Positions 44,371-44,683 of a DNA stretch of 44,683 nt are shown one piece after another. The DNA comes from Thermodesulfobacteriota bacterium (GTDB taxonomy: Bacteria; Desulfobacterota; Syntrophia; Syntrophales; JADFWA01), in assembly GCA_034658835.1 (NCBI GenBank), contig JAYEGA010000058.1, positions 1 to 44,683 of the forward strand. Direction: 5' to 3'. Made by a program: the position numbers and the translations under genes. Below the pieces are notes generated by a model. It saw only the letters and a list, made by a program, of their open reading frames with translations. It had not been told where the DNA came from and searched no databases. Positions within the stretch are counted from its first letter, which is position 1. The number at the start of each line of letters is the position of its first letter.

Positions 44371-44624
44371 CAGCCTACCAGTTCAGCAAGCGATTCAAAA
44401 AAGAATATAATAAACTGCCCAAAGAAATTCAAAAAGCCTTCGATGAAAAACTATCTCTCTTTTTGAAACAAACGTCGCACCCCTCGCTCAGAGTTAAACA
44501 AATCCAGGGAACAAAAAATCGGTGGGAGGGATCAATTACCATGAAATATCGCTTCTCCTTTGAATTTCTTAAAGACGGGGTTCTATTTCGAGCCATCGGC
44601 ACACATGACATATTGAAACGATGA
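44355..44624 (+). CDS. RelE/ParE-superfamily toxin
   Basis: The protein is 89 aa. FKKEYNKLPKEIQKAFDEKLSLF, then HPSLRVKQIQG..WEGSIT..YRF.F....V.F...GTHD match the pattern of RelE/ParE-type toxins. Confidence 0.7.
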   Translation: MVEKVTAYQFSKRFKKEYNKLPKEIQKAFDEKLSLFLKQTSHPSLRVKQIQGTKNRWEGSITMKYRFSFEFLKDGVLFRAIGTHDILKR

Positions 44625-44683
44625 AACTAACCTCTCGCCTTCTAATTTTCTAACCTTATCATCTTCTTCCACCTCTGGCGCCT

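Overview
This 44.7-kb window comes from an anaerobic bacterium. I saw no rRNA, tRNA or CRISPR array. The gene content suggests a propionate-metabolising, Desulfobacterota- or syntroph-like organism, but that is inference only. The content in question is a methylmalonyl-CoA (MMC) pathway supercluster, Hdr/Flx-type redox genes, a sigma-54 activator, and heptamer and REP-like intergenic repeats. Layout: (i) 1-2.5 kb holds the 3' part of a SpoIID-domain gene. On the minus strand follow atpE (c subunit with a signal-peptide-like leader) and an output-less dCache membrane protein. (ii) 2.5-2.9 kb is a divergent control region with a near-consensus sigma-54 promoter facing atpE and two phased dyad sites. 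(iii) 2.9-17.1 kb is one co-directional plus-strand string: a 58-aa membrane ORF, a Cache-PAS histidine kinase, an NtrC-type sigma-54 activator, engB, a 1479-aa HdrA-GltD-HdrA fusion (HdrL-like), MvhD, an FeS protein, HdrC, HdrB, a FlxB/HydB-like protein and a FlxA/HydG-like protein. (iv) 17.2-20.5 kb on the minus strand holds atpB-atpI-atpZ, fcl and gmd. (v) 20.7-36.9 kb is the MMC pathway: two reciprocally degenerate carboxyltransferase paralogs, sdhA-C-D-B, a two-subunit class I fumarase, malic enzyme, the epimerase and sucCD. A split mutase plus MeaB is transcribed divergently. (vi) 37.1-44.7 kb holds polysaccharide genes (PglF/CapD-like, truncated PglC-like) invaded by an accessory islet. 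The islet contains AbiEi/AbiEii, an IR-flanked GxxExxY cassette, a 76-bp higher-order repeat, an AAA+/DUF4143 ATPase, an RHH-UPF0175/DUF3368 pair and an AbrB/RelE pair. The best candidates for something undescribed are three. First, the sigma-54/NtrC-linked module that couples a separately encoded ATP-synthase c subunit and an orphan dCache protein to an unusual HdrL-Flx-HdrBC redox gene set beside the MMC pathway. Second, the reciprocal-degeneration carboxyltransferase pair. Third, the IR-bounded GxxExxY cassette. All functional calls rest on motif recognition by eye; no database search was possible.
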